Of a stretch of DNA of 64,000 nucleotides, positions 1 to 10,808 are shown in pieces. The stretch is from Candidatus Aenigmatarchaeota archaeon (GTDB taxonomy: Archaea; Aenigmatarchaeota; Aenigmatarchaeia; CG10238-14; SCSR01), in assembly GCA_038999725.1 (NCBI GenBank), contig JAWBWS010000001.1, positions 193,713 to 257,712 on the forward strand, read 5' to 3'. Positions within the stretch are counted from its first letter, which is position 1; every line of letters starts with the position of its first letter. The notes beneath the pieces are model-generated. The model did not search any database, had not been told where the DNA came from, and saw nothing but the letters and a program-made list of their open reading frames with translations. The position numbers and the translations under genes were made by a program.

Positions 1-628
1 TCTCAGGAAATGTCTTTACAAGTTCTAAAGTTTCTCTTGGATAAATCTTCCCCCCTTCATAAAAGCAAACTACATTTAGGGATATAGAGATTGGCTTGAT
101 GTCAAGCTTCCTCAAGGCATTCGCAACCTCTTTCGATATTACTTCTCCCTTTTTCACAAGAGTAACGGTTTTTTTAATGGTAATTCTGCCTTCTTCCACT
201 CCAGCAGGAATTCCCGCTTTTGTTAGTTCACCTATAACTGGACCTGCTAAAAGGCTTGTTGGTCCAGATGGAATGATTATATCATTTGGGGCAATTTCGG
301 ATTCTTTCGCGAAAGTCTCGAATTTGAGAGAAGTAAGCTTAGAATATGATTTGAAGGCGTCCCCCCTGATTAGAACTACCGCTACTTGATTGGGAATAAA
401 TTTTTCCAATTCACCAATATTTTCCTTTTTGGCTTCTCTTATTGCAAAAAGGAGGGTACTCTTTTTAGTAGCTTTAATTATTCCAATATCTCTTATAATT
501 TTTCTTATTTCTTGTAATTCTTTGCTGGGAAACTTATGAAGATCAACTATTCCAATAACTGGAAACTCTTCTATCATCATCTTCAATTCTTTCACTTTTT
601 TTATTTTTTCTTCTTTCACCATTTTCAT
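1..628 (-). CDS. rpl10: 50S ribosomal protein L10 (uL10/P0), runs off the window start
   Basis: Manual translation: MKMVKEEKIKKV...DLHKFPSKELQEIRK...IIIPSGPTSLLAGPVIGELTKAGIPAGVEEGRITIKK; directly follows L1. Confidence 0.92.
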   Translation of the reverse strand, partial: MKMVKEEKIKKVKELKMMIEEFPVIGIVDLHKFPSKELQEIRKIIRDIGIIKATKKSTLLFAIREAKKENIGELEKFIPNQVAVVLIRGDAFKSYSKLTSLKFETFAKESEIAPNDIIIPSGPTSLLAGPVIGELTKAGIPAGVEEGRITIKKTVTLVKKGEVISKEVANALRKLDIKPISISLNVVCFYEGGKIYPRETLELVKTFPE

Positions 629-1242
629 ACCTTAATTTCAACAGGTTTGCTCATCGTTAACTTTAGCAAAATTTTTTTGATATTTTGCATACCTCTAGGC
701 AATTTTGATCGAATAACATTCAATACACTTTCTATATTTTCAGCAACTTCTTCATCTTTCATGTTCTCCTTACCAACAGCACATTGAATCACAGGAGCAT
801 CCTTTACCCTTACCCTCACAACCTTCTTATAATCTTCAATCAACCTTTTTATATCACCTGTGATTATTTTAGGTAGTTTTCCTTTCGGCCCCATATATTG
901 ACCAAAAACTTTCCCAACCAAAACCATCGCCTTTGGTTCAGCAAAGAAAAAATCCACATCCTTCACCAATTTTTTTGCCAATCTATTATTTTTCGAATAT
1001 TTTTCTATATCAGCAGTTGTAAGGATTTCACAATCAAGGTCTTTCAAAGAGTCTGAAAAAACGACAATTCTTGCATCTTCTCCTTTTCCATGTGGTAAAA
1101 CAATGTCTTCTACAAATCTATTCTCTGGTTTTTTTGTGTCAAATTCTTTCAAGCAAATTACTAAATCAAATGTTTGAAGAAAATTTCTTTTTTTAGAACT
1201 CCTTCTCAATTCCTCAATTGCTTTTAAAATTTTTTCTCTCAT
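625..1242 (-). CDS. rpl1: 50S ribosomal protein L1
   Basis: KKRNFLQTFDLVI...LPHG...MGPKGKLP...LKLTMSKPV; L11-L1-L10 order. Confidence 0.95.
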   Translation of the reverse strand: MREKILKAIEELRRSSKKRNFLQTFDLVICLKEFDTKKPENRFVEDIVLPHGKGEDARIVVFSDSLKDLDCEILTTADIEKYSKNNRLAKKLVKDVDFFFAEPKAMVLVGKVFGQYMGPKGKLPKIITGDIKRLIEDYKKVVRVRVKDAPVIQCAVGKENMKDEEVAENIESVLNVIRSKLPRGMQNIKKILLKLTMSKPVEIKV

Positions 1243-1291
1243 TTAATACCCTCCTGCCTAGGCAGTTGAGCGGGTTATTCATCATTTATCT

Positions 1292-1804
1292 TTAAGATTT
1301 AAAAAGATTATCATACTTGCCTTCTTCTATTTCTTTTAAAATCTCCTTTGGTTTCTTACCTTCAACCGTTACAGGCATGCTCACAGCAGTGCCAAGGACA
1401 GTCTTCACAGCAGTTTTCAAGTCTTTTGCTTGCATGTCTCTCATCTTTATTTTTGCAATCTTCACACACTGTTCCAGAGTTAAATCCCCAATAAGAACAT
1501 TTCCTTTCTTTTCACCTTCTGTTTGACTTGTACTCTTTTCTTCTTTTCCCACCACTCCTAATTCTTTTTTTATTAAACTCGAGACTGGAGGAATGCCTAT
1601 CTCAATATTGTATTCTCTTGTTTTTTTATCAATAATCAATTTCACAGGAACTTGTAGTCCACTGTATTCTTTAGTTTTTTCGTTAATTTGTTTGAAAACT
1701 TCTCCAATGTTAAGTTTATAAGAGCTTAGTTTTGGAGCTGTTGTGGGCCCAGGCGAAGCCTTACCGCCTTCTACCAATATTTTTATGACTTCTTTTTCTG
1801 ACAT
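1292..1804 (-). CDS. rpl11: 50S ribosomal protein L11
   Basis: LVEGGKASPGP...GLQVPVK...IPPVSSLIKKELG...GTAVSM; likely start MSEKE at 1804. Confidence 0.95.
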   Translation of the reverse strand: MSEKEVIKILVEGGKASPGPTTAPKLSSYKLNIGEVFKQINEKTKEYSGLQVPVKLIIDKKTREYNIEIGIPPVSSLIKKELGVVGKEEKSTSQTEGEKKGNVLIGDLTLEQCVKIAKIKMRDMQAKDLKTAVKTVLGTAVSMPVTVEGKKPKEILKEIEEGKYDNLFKS

Positions 1805-1805
1805 T

Positions 1806-2246
1806 TTATTTCCCAACTTTTTCTAACAGTTTTACAAATTCTACACTAACTGTTATCGGAATAGGTACAACAGCCTCTACAAGTTCAATTGTAACTTCCC
1901 TTTTCACTTTATCATATCTTGTTACTTTCCCCCTTTCACCTTTAAAGGGTCCACCTATAATTTCAACAACATCTCCAATGTTTAATTCAACTTCTGCAGT
2001 TTTTGGTTGTAGGAATCTTTGAACTTCTTTCAATTCAATGGGTCTTTTAATTAAACCTCTAACATGGGGAATCATCTGAACGGCTATTTCAATATCTTTG
2101 AGGTCACCTTCGATGAAAATGTACCCTTTTATCTCTTCTGGGTGGAAGAGACTTTGAATATTTAATTTTTCTAGTTTGGCTTTGGCTGCTATAGCTTCCA
2201 TTACAACATTCTCCCTTCCAACAACAGTCTTGACACTGTAAATCAT
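1806..2246 (-). CDS. spt5: Transcription elongation factor Spt5 (NusG)
   Basis: NGN domain (KGYIFIE) plus KOW motif GDVVEIIGGPFKGE. Confidence 0.95.
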   Translation of the reverse strand: MIYSVKTVVGRENVVMEAIAAKAKLEKLNIQSLFHPEEIKGYIFIEGDLKDIEIAVQMIPHVRGLIKRPIELKEVQRFLQPKTAEVELNIGDVVEIIGGPFKGERGKVTRYDKVKREVTIELVEAVVPIPITVSVEFVKLLEKVGK

Positions 2247-2254
2247 TTTTTCGC

Positions 2255-2437
2255 CTATAGACCAAAAATTACTGAAAAAATATAAATAATAAACCCTATT
2301 ATTCCAAGGATAGCAATACCAGTCACACAGATTTTAAAGGTTTCCAAAAATTCACTCTTGCTTGGGGCTTTATTCAATTTTATCACTCGAATACAATCTT
2401 TTAATTTTTCTTTTATTTTTAACTTCATCTCTAGCAC
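2255..2437 (-). CDS. secE: Protein translocase SecE/Sec61-gamma
   Basis: RVIKLNKAPSKSEF plus C-terminal TM (GIAILGIIGFIIY); ftsZ-secE-spt5 synteny. Confidence 0.9.
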   Translation of the reverse strand: MLEMKLKIKEKLKDCIRVIKLNKAPSKSEFLETFKICVTGIAILGIIGFIIYIFSVIFGL

Positions 2438-2443
2438 CAGAAA

Positions 2444-3532
2444 TCAATCCACAAAATCTATTCCCAATATTTTTTCTATATCCTTTCTCTCTTCCTTGCT
2501 CCATTTTTTTGTTGGTCCAAAAATTTGTGGCGACTTAACACCAGTTATTACAAGCATTGTCCTTAAAGTTTCTCCCAATTCTTTGGCTATTTGTGCTCCC
2601 CAAATTATCTTTGCATCTGGTGAAAGTCTTGAAGAAACTGCCTCAACTATTTGTTGGGCTTCCCTTATAGTCACATCTGGTCCCCCAACAACATTTATTA
2701 ATGCACCATTCGCCCCATTTACATCAACTGTTATCAAAGGATTGCTCAAAGCTCTTTCAACAGCTTCAATCGCTCTATTCTCTGTGTCACTTTCACCAAC
2801 CCCAATCATTGCTAGACCACCATTCTTCATTATACTTCTCACATCAGCAAAGTCAAGGTTAACAAGACCGGGTTTGGTAACAAGTTCTGCAATTCCTTTA
2901 ACAGCGTTGACCAATATTTCGTCACAGATTTTGAAAGCCGTGGCTAAAGAAACATCTGGAACAACTTCCAGAAGCCTATCATTCGGTATAACAATCATAG
3001 TATCAACATGATCTTCCAAATTTTCTAAACCTTCTCTAGCATTTGCCATTCTTTGCTTACCTTCCATGCTAAAAGGCAAAGTGACGACAGCAATCGATAG
3101 TATTCCTAATTTGTTTGCAATCTCAGCAATTACAGGCAAACTTCCTGTTCCAGTTCCACCACCAAGCCCACAAGTCAAGAAAACCATATCGGCTCCTTGC
3201 AAAGCTTTTTTTATTTCTTCTTTACTCTCTCTTGCGGCCTCCATTCCAACCTTAGGATCTCCACCTGCCCCCAAACCTGAAGTGAGTTCTTTTCCAATTA
3301 AAATTTTTTTATCAGAATCAGTGTAGAGCAAATCTTGTGCATCTGTGTTTATCGCTATAGTCTCGGCACCAACTATACCGACTTGCATCAGTCTTGTTAT
3401 TGTGTTATTTCCTGCACCACCAGCACCAACAACTTTTATCTTGGTTTTTCTGCTTTCTAAGATTGTTCTCAGTTCTTCATCAATTTCTTTTGTTCTTTCA
3501 GAAGGTTTTTCAACAAACTGTCTTACCGCCAT
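2444..3532 (-). CDS. ftsZ: Cell division protein FtsZ
   Basis: GAGGAGNN, tubulin signature GLGGGTGTG, NLDFADV. Confidence 0.97.
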   Translation of the reverse strand: MAVRQFVEKPSERTKEIDEELRTILESRKTKIKVVGAGGAGNNTITRLMQVGIVGAETIAINTDAQDLLYTDSDKKILIGKELTSGLGAGGDPKVGMEAARESKEEIKKALQGADMVFLTCGLGGGTGTGSLPVIAEIANKLGILSIAVVTLPFSMEGKQRMANAREGLENLEDHVDTMIVIPNDRLLEVVPDVSLATAFKICDEILVNAVKGIAELVTKPGLVNLDFADVRSIMKNGGLAMIGVGESDTENRAIEAVERALSNPLITVDVNGANGALINVVGGPDVTIREAQQIVEAVSSRLSPDAKIIWGAQIAKELGETLRTMLVITGVKSPQIFGPTKKWSKEERKDIEKILGIDFVD

Positions 3533-3572
3533 ATTGCTCTCTTTTAATTATTCAAATATTAAAAATAAATCC

Positions 3573-4235
3573 TTATTCACTTTTTTTCTTAAAAACAACA
3601 ACAAACTTAACCACTTCTATTCCCTCAACCCATTTGATTATTTGTGAAGCTATGGCAGCTTTAACTCTACCCTCAATTTCACTTTTTGCTTCAATTTCAA
3701 CTTCTTTTTCTCTTATTTTTATATCACAATCTTCAAGACCGGTGAAATAATCAACAATAGCTTTCACTTTTTCTATCTTATCTTCAATTTTTTTCACAAT
3801 TTCAACTTCATATTCCAGAGTTTTACCAGCTAAAGGGTGGTTGAAATCAACTTTAACTCTTCCCCCATCAACGCTTATTATCTTTCCTCTTAAATTGTTT
3901 ACCATGACATAGGAACCTGGTAAAACATCCACATTTTGTTGTTTAAATATAATTTCAGGTATTAATTTTACAAGATTTTCACTTCTTTCACCAAAGGCCT
4001 TTTCGGGTGGAATTAAGAACTTTTTCTTTTCCCCCACATTCATCTCTTTTATCTTTTCATTCAGACCAATTATAACAAAACCAGCATCTACTATTATTGG
4101 TAAAGGCCCATATTTAATTTTCTCATTAAAAATCCCAGCCTCTCTTGCTACATTTTCTTTTGTTGTATCAAAAATTTCATTTGTCTCACTTACTTTAGCA
4201 ATGTACTCGATGCAAACAAAATCTCCAGATTTCAT
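3573..4235 (-). CDS. slyD: FKBP-type peptidyl-prolyl isomerase (long archaeal SlyD-like)
   Basis: IPPEKAFGER, RVKVDFNHPLAGKTL; likely start MKSGDF at 4235. Confidence 0.9.
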   Translation of the reverse strand: MKSGDFVCIEYIAKVSETNEIFDTTKENVAREAGIFNEKIKYGPLPIIVDAGFVIIGLNEKIKEMNVGEKKKFLIPPEKAFGERSENLVKLIPEIIFKQQNVDVLPGSYVMVNNLRGKIISVDGGRVKVDFNHPLAGKTLEYEVEIVKKIEDKIEKVKAIVDYFTGLEDCDIKIREKEVEIEAKSEIEGRVKAAIASQIIKWVEGIEVVKFVVVFKKKSE

Positions 4236-4381
4236 TTTATCATCCTCTTTCCCTGACACAACTTACAGAAAGGTGTGCCTTCTATCACACAATTTGGGCA
4301 AACTAGAGATCCACAACCATGACATTTGAATAAAGCTATTGAGTACTTCTTACAAGCTTGGCATACACCACCAACTACCAA
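4232..4381 (-). CDS. Small zinc-finger protein (four CxxC motifs)
   Basis: CQAC...CHGC...CPNC...CKLC; TTG start after GGTGA Shine-Dalgarno. Confidence 0.7.
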   Translation of the reverse strand: MVVGGVCQACKKYSIALFKCHGCGSLVCPNCVIEGTPFCKLCQGKRMIK

Positions 4382-4625
4382 ACAATCACCTTTGTAGAGA
4401 TTTAGATTACAAATATAAATAAGTTGGTGTAGCAATATAGATAACAATCTTGTGAGAAGTAATGGTTAAACTTCCTCTAGCTAGGAGCATTGATTTCACG
4501 TAATTTTGGATTTTCCATCAAATAAGAAGCTATATCAATTTCCATTTCAACACACAACTTCATTCTAATCTTAATTTGGCCTTTTAGATAGGCCCCATTT
4601 TGCGGTGCACTACAATAAAACTAGG

Positions 4626-4790
4626 TGCAGGGGGTGGGATTCGAACCCACGAACGGACTAACCGATCAGGTAACTAATACTCTCATCATCCATAACTCAG
4701 GGCTTAAGTCTGGAGAGCATCTTAAGCTCACGCGAATATTGTTTTAAACAATATTCTCTGACGCCTTTGACCAGACTTGGCTACCCCTGC
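4626..4790 (-). tRNA. tRNA-Leu(TAA) with two introns (4728-4757 at ~30/31; 4672-4720 at 37/38)
   Basis: Acceptor GCAGGGG/CCCCTGC, T-arm GTGGG TTCGAAT CCCAC, long variable arm; removing both inserts gives TCAGG-CTTAAGA-CCTGA. Confidence 0.88.
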
Positions 4791-5211
4791 AATTTGATTT
4801 AATTAAAGTTTTAGGGAATTTATTTTAAATTTCTTTACACTCTCCCCTTAATTATTAATTCAAAGAAATATTTGTTATATTTTTTTTGTTGAAGCCCCTT
4901 TTTTAAGCTTAGAATATCTAAAGAAGCAAATCACCTCCAAATACTTTTTGATTTTTCCCCAAATCTCTAAAGAGGACATCTCAATTTATTCTAAAATAGA
5001 ACCATCCAAGAAAGAAATACCAGGAGTAATAAAAATAGGTATTTTTGCAGCTTGCCTTCTCCCATATCTTGTAAATACATTTGATGAATTTTTCAAATTT
5101 TCATTAAAGTTATAACATTCTTATCATTTTTTAATTAAATTTTAAAAATTTTTCAAAATAATTAACATTGGTATCTGTTTTCCCCAACTTTCCAATATTT
5201 TCTAATTCCAA

Positions 5212-5829
5212 TTAATCTTTCTTCAGTTTGCTTAAGCTTTTCTGAAATTCCTTCATCTTCTTCTCCAAAATTTCAGCAGCAGACAAAACTATTTCTTCAG
5301 GATTTAGACCAGAAACAGATTCAACATTAAATACAAACTTTTCGCCTTCATAATTATAACCAACAACTGCAGCCTGCCATTTTGCATGTTCCTTCCCCAA
5401 GCCAAGTTGAGCTATAGCCTCGAACTCGAGTCCTTCATCTTCAAAAAGTTCAACTACTGGAATTTTTTCAAAAACAGGTCTAACATCTTTGGCTTTACTC
5501 TTTAAATCTCCTGCATATACAATTTTTGGTCCTTTCTCTTTCAGAACAAGTTCAACCTGACATTCACTACACCCCTTACCACCACATTTACACTCACTAG
5601 GCAAATTATAGGCTCTTTTATCAAATGTCAGGGGAATTTGACCAAGCCTATTTGCCAAGATTTCATCAGGGAGAACCGAGTCATTTTTCTTAAAATCAAC
5701 CCACTCTATCGCCATTGTTGGAACTTCACCAATCATTATTCTTCTCAAAGCATTCGCAAATCCTGGAGAAATTCCTTCAACAGAAAAGCTTATTTCCATA
5801 CCCTCTTTTTTCAAAATTTTTACTTTCAT
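5212..5829 (-). CDS. rpoD: RNA polymerase subunit D (Rpo3)
   Basis: FANALRRIMIGEVPTMAI...NDSVLPDEILANRLGQIPL...GKEHAKWQ. Confidence 0.95.
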   Translation of the reverse strand: MKVKILKKEGMEISFSVEGISPGFANALRRIMIGEVPTMAIEWVDFKKNDSVLPDEILANRLGQIPLTFDKRAYNLPSECKCGGKGCSECQVELVLKEKGPKIVYAGDLKSKAKDVRPVFEKIPVVELFEDEGLEFEAIAQLGLGKEHAKWQAAVVGYNYEGEKFVFNVESVSGLNPEEIVLSAAEILEKKMKEFQKSLSKLKKD

Positions 5830-5848
5830 TTTCCCACTTTTATAATTA

Positions 5849-6247
5849 TTAAACTCTCCTTCCTCTCCTTCCTCCTTTTGGTCTCATATACCCTGTTATT
5901 ATAGGCGTGACATCTTCAATCATCCCAATTTTTAAACCAGCTCTTGCTAAAGCTCTTATAGCTGGTTGTGCTCCTTGACCAGGAGCTCTTGATTTCACCC
6001 CTCCTGGTCCCCTTACTCTTATATGCACACCCACTATCCCCTTTGCCAAAGCAACTTCAGCAGCTTTCTTTGCCGCTAACATTGCAGGAAAGGGCATCCC
6101 ACCTTCCCTATCTTTATCAGTCATCATTCCAGCCGAATATCTTGCTATCGTTTCCCCACCGGTCAAATCTGTAATATGAACAATTGTATTGTTTGGGGTT
6201 GAAAGTATGTGAGCAATGCCCCATTTTTCCACTTTTTTTTCACCCAT
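5849..6247 (-). CDS. rps11: 30S ribosomal protein S11
   Basis: [18 protein letters not shown]...[14 protein letters not shown]...GGRRGRRV. Confidence 0.96.
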   Translation of the reverse strand: MGEKKVEKWGIAHILSTPNNTIVHITDLTGGETIARYSAGMMTDKDREGGMPFPAMLAAKKAAEVALAKGIVGVHIRVRGPGGVKSRAPGQGAQPAIRALARAGLKIGMIEDVTPIITGYMRPKGGRRGRRV

Positions 6248-6248
6248 T

Positions 6249-6698
6249 CTACCCAACCTCTATTTTATTTTCTTCATCTTTTGTTACCATATAGCTTGGG
6301 TAAGTAATTTTTCTTCCATTGATTTTTACATGACCGTGTGTGATTAATTGTCTCGCGTGTTTAAGTGAGTTTGCCAAACCCATTCTATAAATAATTGTTT
6401 GTAATCTTCTTTCAAGGATGTCCTCAACAGTCAAAGCAAGAACATCATCTAAGGCAGCACCTTCTTTCAAGATACCTATTTTTACCAATTTTTCAATCAA
6501 CATTTTTTCACTTTTTTCATCTTTTTTTGCAATTAAATCTCTTGCCATTCTTCTATATTTTCTCAGTACGGCTTCGGCTTTCCACAATTCTCTTTTTCTT
6601 CTCAAACCAAAATTTTTCAATATTTCTTTTTCTTTTTCAATTCTTGTCTTATCCCAAGGCTTCCTCGGCTTTTCATATTTTTTTCTAGATCTTTTCAT
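6249..6698 (-). CDS. rps4: 30S ribosomal protein S4
   Basis: [10 protein letters not shown]...ILERRLQT...[10 protein letters not shown]. Confidence 0.95.
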   Translation of the reverse strand: MKRSRKKYEKPRKPWDKTRIEKEKEILKNFGLRRKRELWKAEAVLRKYRRMARDLIAKKDEKSEKMLIEKLVKIGILKEGAALDDVLALTVEDILERRLQTIIYRMGLANSLKHARQLITHGHVKINGRKITYPSYMVTKDEENKIEVG

Positions 6699-6702
6699 AA
6701 AA

Positions 6703-7260
6703 TCACTTCTTTTCACTCTTAGCTTTTTCTTGAGCAACTCTTACAGCTTTTTTGACAACCCCAACAACCCTTCCCTTCCTGAAAGAGCTTCTTGTTCTTT
6801 GTCCTCTAACAGGCAAGCCAAGCATATGTCTAACTCCCTTGTAAGTTTTGAGATTAATTTGTTTTTGAATGTCAAACTTTTGTGCTATTTCTAAATCTGC
6901 TCCAACTAGATGCAAGTTTGCTCCAGTTTCAGGTTCTCTTCTTCTATTCAAAAACCAAGAAGGTATTCCATATTTCGTTGGTTCCTTAATTACAGCTTCG
7001 ATTTTTTCTATGTCTTTTTCGCTTAAATCACCAAGCTTAATGTTTGGATCAAATCCACTTGCCAAACAAACGGCCTTGCTCATGGCATGGCTTATACCCT
7101 TTATCCCCAGAAGAGCATTCTTAAGGGATTTTTCTCCATCAAGATCGGTGTTCATAACTCTCACAACAACTTTAACCCTTTTTTCTTCTGGCTTCTTTTC
7201 AACCTTCTCCTTTTTGGGTTTTTCAACCTTCTCCTCTACTTTTACTTTTGTAACCCCCAT
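6703..7260 (-). CDS. rps13: 30S ribosomal protein S13
   Basis: IPSWFLNRR...[19 protein letters not shown]. Confidence 0.96.
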   Translation of the reverse strand: MGVTKVKVEEKVEKPKKEKVEKKPEEKRVKVVVRVMNTDLDGEKSLKNALLGIKGISHAMSKAVCLASGFDPNIKLGDLSEKDIEKIEAVIKEPTKYGIPSWFLNRRREPETGANLHLVGADLEIAQKFDIQKQINLKTYKGVRHMLGLPVRGQRTRSSFRKGRVVGVVKKAVRVAQEKAKSEKK

Positions 7261-7302
7261 AAACTCACTATAACAATTAATTCATCTTCTTAAATTTTTA
7301 AA

Positions 7303-7400
7303 TGGACCGGCCGGGATTCGAACCCGGAGCCTCTTCATAGCAGTTAAACTCATGCCTTTTCCACAATTAAGGAAGCGATCTACCATTGATCTACCGGCCC
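7303..7400 (-). tRNA. tRNA-Ala(GGC) with two non-canonical introns (7357-7368 at 33/34; 7337-7350 at 39/40)
   Basis: Acceptor GGGCCGG/CCGGTCC (G3:U70); spliced anticodon arm CTTCC-TTGGCAT-GGAAG; both inserts have BHB-type geometry. Confidence 0.87.
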
Positions 7401-7564
7401 ACTATTTTCTTTTTTTTAACCCATTTCACCTTTCTTGGGTTCCTTCCCATCATAAAATTTTTTTCACATTTTGAACTACAAAAATAAAATATTTCACCAC
7501 TCACCTTCACAAACATTTTTCCCCTACTTTCTACAAAATTTTCACCACAAAAAGAACACTTCAG
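7391..7564 (-). CDS. rpl24e: 50S ribosomal protein L24e (apparent CTG start; not in ORF track)
   Basis: (L)KCSFCGE...[35 protein letters not shown]7Ae-S28e-L24e synteny. Confidence 0.92.
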   Translation of the reverse strand: MKCSFCGENFVESRGKMFVKVSGEIFYFCSSKCEKNFMMGRNPRKVKWVKKKKIVGR

Positions 7565-7569
7565 TCAAA

Positions 7570-7779
7570 TCACCTTTCCACCAACTTTGCCGCTGTTTCC
7601 ATTTCAGTCTCTCTTAACATCAATATATCACCAACTCTCACAGGTCCTATTACATTTCTTGTCAATATCTTTCCCTTATCCGGACCTTCTAAAACTTTAC
7701 ACCTTACTTGCATAACACCACGGGCACCACTTCTTCCTAACAATTGCAGAACTTCAGCAGGATAAGACTTTTCAGTCAT
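7570..7779 (-). CDS. rps28e: 30S ribosomal protein S28e
   Basis: [12 protein letters not shown]...QVRCKVLEG...[19 protein letters not shown]. Confidence 0.95.
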   Translation of the reverse strand: MTEKSYPAEVLQLLGRSGARGVMQVRCKVLEGPDKGKILTRNVIGPVRVGDILMLRETEMETAAKLVER

Positions 7780-7783
7780 TTTA

Positions 7784-8152
7784 TCACTTTTTAAGAGCTT
7801 CTATTTTTTCTATGATTTCTTTCAGAGCTTCTTTAGAATCTCCAGGTTCAACTATACAAGCAGCAGAACATGCAACATCTATCCCAACAGCTCTTCCAAG
7901 TTCTTGTTTACTAGTAACATACCCATATGGGATTTTCTTTTCCTCGCAAAGAACAGGCAGATGCATTACTATCTCTTCCGGTTCTACATCTTCCGCTATT
8001 GCAACAAACTTTGCAATTCCTCTTTCTACAGCTTTCGTTGTCTCATTCATACCCTTCTTAATCTTGCCACTATTCTTTGCTGTTTCAATAGTTTGTAATA
8101 TCCTTGTTTTCAAATCTTTCGGCAATTCAAACTTCACATAAGCTTTCCCCAC
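7784..8152 (-). CDS. rpl7ae: 50S ribosomal protein L7Ae
   Basis: [14 protein letters not shown]...[21 protein letters not shown]. Confidence 0.96.
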   Translation of the reverse strand: MGKAYVKFELPKDLKTRILQTIETAKNSGKIKKGMNETTKAVERGIAKFVAIAEDVEPEEIVMHLPVLCEEKKIPYGYVTSKQELGRAVGIDVACSAACIVEPGDSKEALKEIIEKIEALKK

Positions 8153-8174
8153 GCTCTCACCCTTACTTATATCT

Positions 8175-9839
8175 TTATTTGTGTGTGTAATATAAAGTTA
8201 TATCTTTATATTTCTTTTCTATTCTTGCAAATCCAATCCTAGGCATTTGGATTATTTGATTTTCTTCAACTCTTTTTATTTCAGGCTCACCTACAGCTTT
8301 AACAATTTTACCGTTTGGCATCACAATCTTTATTTTTAAATTTGGCTCAGAGCACCAATGAATCTTTGGCGTGTCTAGGGAAATCTCACTGGACACAAAT
8401 GTAGTTTTTGGACCAATTTTTACTGTCGCAAGGTACATCAACCCAACTTCCTTATTTTTGAATTTTTTGTAATCCTCTTTTTCAATCCAAATTTTTTTCC
8501 AATCTACCATGATTCTTTTATATCCTCTTTCAGGGAAATCGGGATGTAAATTTATTTTCACTTCTTTTATCTCAGGTGCATTTACCACATTCAATTTTAT
8601 CGGATTCAGAACAACCATATACCTATTTGCTATTCGGTCGACAACTTTTCTATTCTCGGCTTCCAAAACATCCCACGTTACTACACCTTCAGCTTTTGAT
8701 AAACCAGTTAATAAAATGAAATTTTTTATAGCCTCTGGAGCAAACCCCCTCTTTTTAAGGGCTATAAGTGTAGTAAGCCTTGGGTCGTCCCAACCAAGCA
8801 ATTCCCCCTTTTTTATCATTTCACGAATTACCCTTCCCGATGTGGGCACACCTTTTAAATTAAGCCTACCAAATTCAATTGTTTTTGTGAGTTTAAAACC
8901 AAATAAATTTTGGATGTAAGTTTGTAACTCTTTTCTTATTTCAAATTCTTTGCTCCTTAGTCTATGTGTTACACCTTCCCAACCATCCATCATTGCAGTC
9001 CCGAAATCGTAAGTGGGCCAAACACGATATTTCATTTCTGTTCTTGGGTGAGGGTGTTCAACAATCCTCATTATAGAAGGATCCCTCATCGTGGTGTTTA
9101 CATGCTTCATATCAATTTTAAGTCTTACAACAGCTTCACCCTCTCCAAACTCTTTTTTCATTTTTTTCCATAATTCAAGATTTTCACTCACATTTTGCAT
9201 TCTATGTTTACATTCTTTTCCAGAAGCTCTATTTTTTCTCATAGTTTCGACTTTACACAAGCAAATATAAGCCTTGTTTTCAGAGATTAGCTTTTCGACC
9301 GCCTCATAAAAATTTTCCATATGGTCAGAAGAATAATCCAATTTATCCCATTCAATTCCAAGCCACTTCATCCCTTCAATTATAGCTTCATAATATTCTT
9401 CTTTAACCATTTTAGGGTTAGTATCTTCAAATCTTAAAATAAATCTTCCTCCATATTTCTTTGCATAGAGAAAGTTAAGGAAAGCAGCCTTTGCATGTCC
9501 AATATGTGGATATTTACTTGGCTCCGGTGGAAATGCTGTTACAACTCTACCGAATTCTGCATTAGGAAGTTCAGGCAATTCAAACTTCTTAGCTTCCTTT
9601 TTTTCAATTTTCACACCCAATTCTTCTAGCCTTTTCTTCTGTTCTTCTAGAGATAATGAATTAACCTCCTCTACAACTTTTTTAACCTCCTCTATCACTT
9701 CTCTTATATTACTTTTTGCTTCAGACCTCTCGGCTACAACCTTTTTAACAACTGCTTGAACATCTGCTTTACCGCCATGCTCAATTGCATTTATCAAAGC
9801 ATGTTTAAGCACTATTTCTTTCATATTTACCAATTTCAA
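8175..9839 (-). CDS. gltX: Glutamate--tRNA ligase
   Basis: [38 protein letters not shown]. Confidence 0.95.
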   Translation of the reverse strand: MKLVNMKEIVLKHALINAIEHGGKADVQAVVKKVVAERSEAKSNIREVIEEVKKVVEEVNSLSLEEQKKRLEELGVKIEKKEAKKFELPELPNAEFGRVVTAFPPEPSKYPHIGHAKAAFLNFLYAKKYGGRFILRFEDTNPKMVKEEYYEAIIEGMKWLGIEWDKLDYSSDHMENFYEAVEKLISENKAYICLCKVETMRKNRASGKECKHRMQNVSENLELWKKMKKEFGEGEAVVRLKIDMKHVNTTMRDPSIMRIVEHPHPRTEMKYRVWPTYDFGTAMMDGWEGVTHRLRSKEFEIRKELQTYIQNLFGFKLTKTIEFGRLNLKGVPTSGRVIREMIKKGELLGWDDPRLTTLIALKKRGFAPEAIKNFILLTGLSKAEGVVTWDVLEAENRKVVDRIANRYMVVLNPIKLNVVNAPEIKEVKINLHPDFPERGYKRIMVDWKKIWIEKEDYKKFKNKEVGLMYLATVKIGPKTTFVSSEISLDTPKIHWCSEPNLKIKIVMPNGKIVKAVGEPEIKRVEENQIIQMPRIGFARIEKKYKDITLYYTHK

Positions 9840-9846
9840 TCAAAGA

Positions 9847-10695
9847 TTAATAAATCATCACAGACGCATATCCGACAACAGAGTCGAATTCTCCAGTAAT
9901 ATCACCGGAAGTAGCATATTTAAGTAATTCTCCCTTTTTTGCTCCAAGTTCTTTTGCCGCAACTATAGTAGAAGCTATTCCACCAAATCCACAAACACTC
10001 GCGTTTTTCTCTAAAATTTTTTCAAAGAATTTCTTTTCATTCAATTTTTCAATTTCTTCAATTAAACTCAAATCTATTCTTTTTGCTACTTTTTGTGGAA
10101 CATAGTGTGAAAAATCAGAGCTGGCAAGAATTATCCATTTCCCCTTCTCCTTCTTTATCACATTTGCAACAGCTTTTCCTACCGTTTTACAATCTTCCAA
10201 AAAGACTTCATCTGCAAATTCATTTAAAATTGCAATTGGAACAAACTTAAAATCATTACCATACCTGTATTGTAAAAATGGAAGTTGAACTTCTATCGAA
10301 TGCTCATGTTGATGGGCCATGACATCATGTTCAACAATTTTACACTCTTTTAAAATTTTTTCAGCGATTTCATCATGAATGGCAACTTCACCAAGAGGAG
10401 TTTTCCACAAACCAATTTTCATCAAAGCAAATTTGGCTCCAATTCCAGTATGATTTGGTCCAAAAATGATATAGTTCGCTTTTTCTATTCTTGAATAAAT
10501 CCATGCTGCTATTGGTCCAGAATAAATATAACCTGCATGCGGTACAACTGCAGCAAGAAAATTTTGCTTTTTAAATCCTCTTGGCCCCAGTCTATGAGAG
10601 AAGGAATCAGAAATCTCTCTCTTCAAATTTGCAGCATCATAACTATAAAATGTTCCAGCTGCTGCAGGCTCTCTGATGGGTATCATGGTCATCAA
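9847..10695 (-). CDS. MEMO1-family protein (AmmeMemoRadiSam protein B)
   Basis: RxPAxAGTFY, PHAGYIYSG, EHSIEVQLPFLQ, SSDFSHY, VVGYAS. Confidence 0.92.
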   Translation of the reverse strand: MMTMIPIREPAAAGTFYSYDAANLKREISDSFSHRLGPRGFKKQNFLAAVVPHAGYIYSGPIAAWIYSRIEKANYIIFGPNHTGIGAKFALMKIGLWKTPLGEVAIHDEIAEKILKECKIVEHDVMAHQHEHSIEVQLPFLQYRYGNDFKFVPIAILNEFADEVFLEDCKTVGKAVANVIKKEKGKWIILASSDFSHYVPQKVAKRIDLSLIEEIEKLNEKKFFEKILEKNASVCGFGGIASTIVAAKELGAKKGELLKYATSGDITGEFDSVVGYASVMIY

Positions 10696-10808
10696 ATTAT
10701 TGGTTTTACTGCTTAATTAACTTTTCATCTTCATAAGTTTTGGAAAAATTGTTTTTAGAAATTTGTTTTAAAGCATAAATATTAGAAAAAAATATATTTT
10801 TTCAGAGT

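Noticed and set aside
4791..5211. Gene or intron-split gene in the intergenic gap
   Set aside because: Only short frames without convincing starts or motifs, and no BHB-like insert that joins them.
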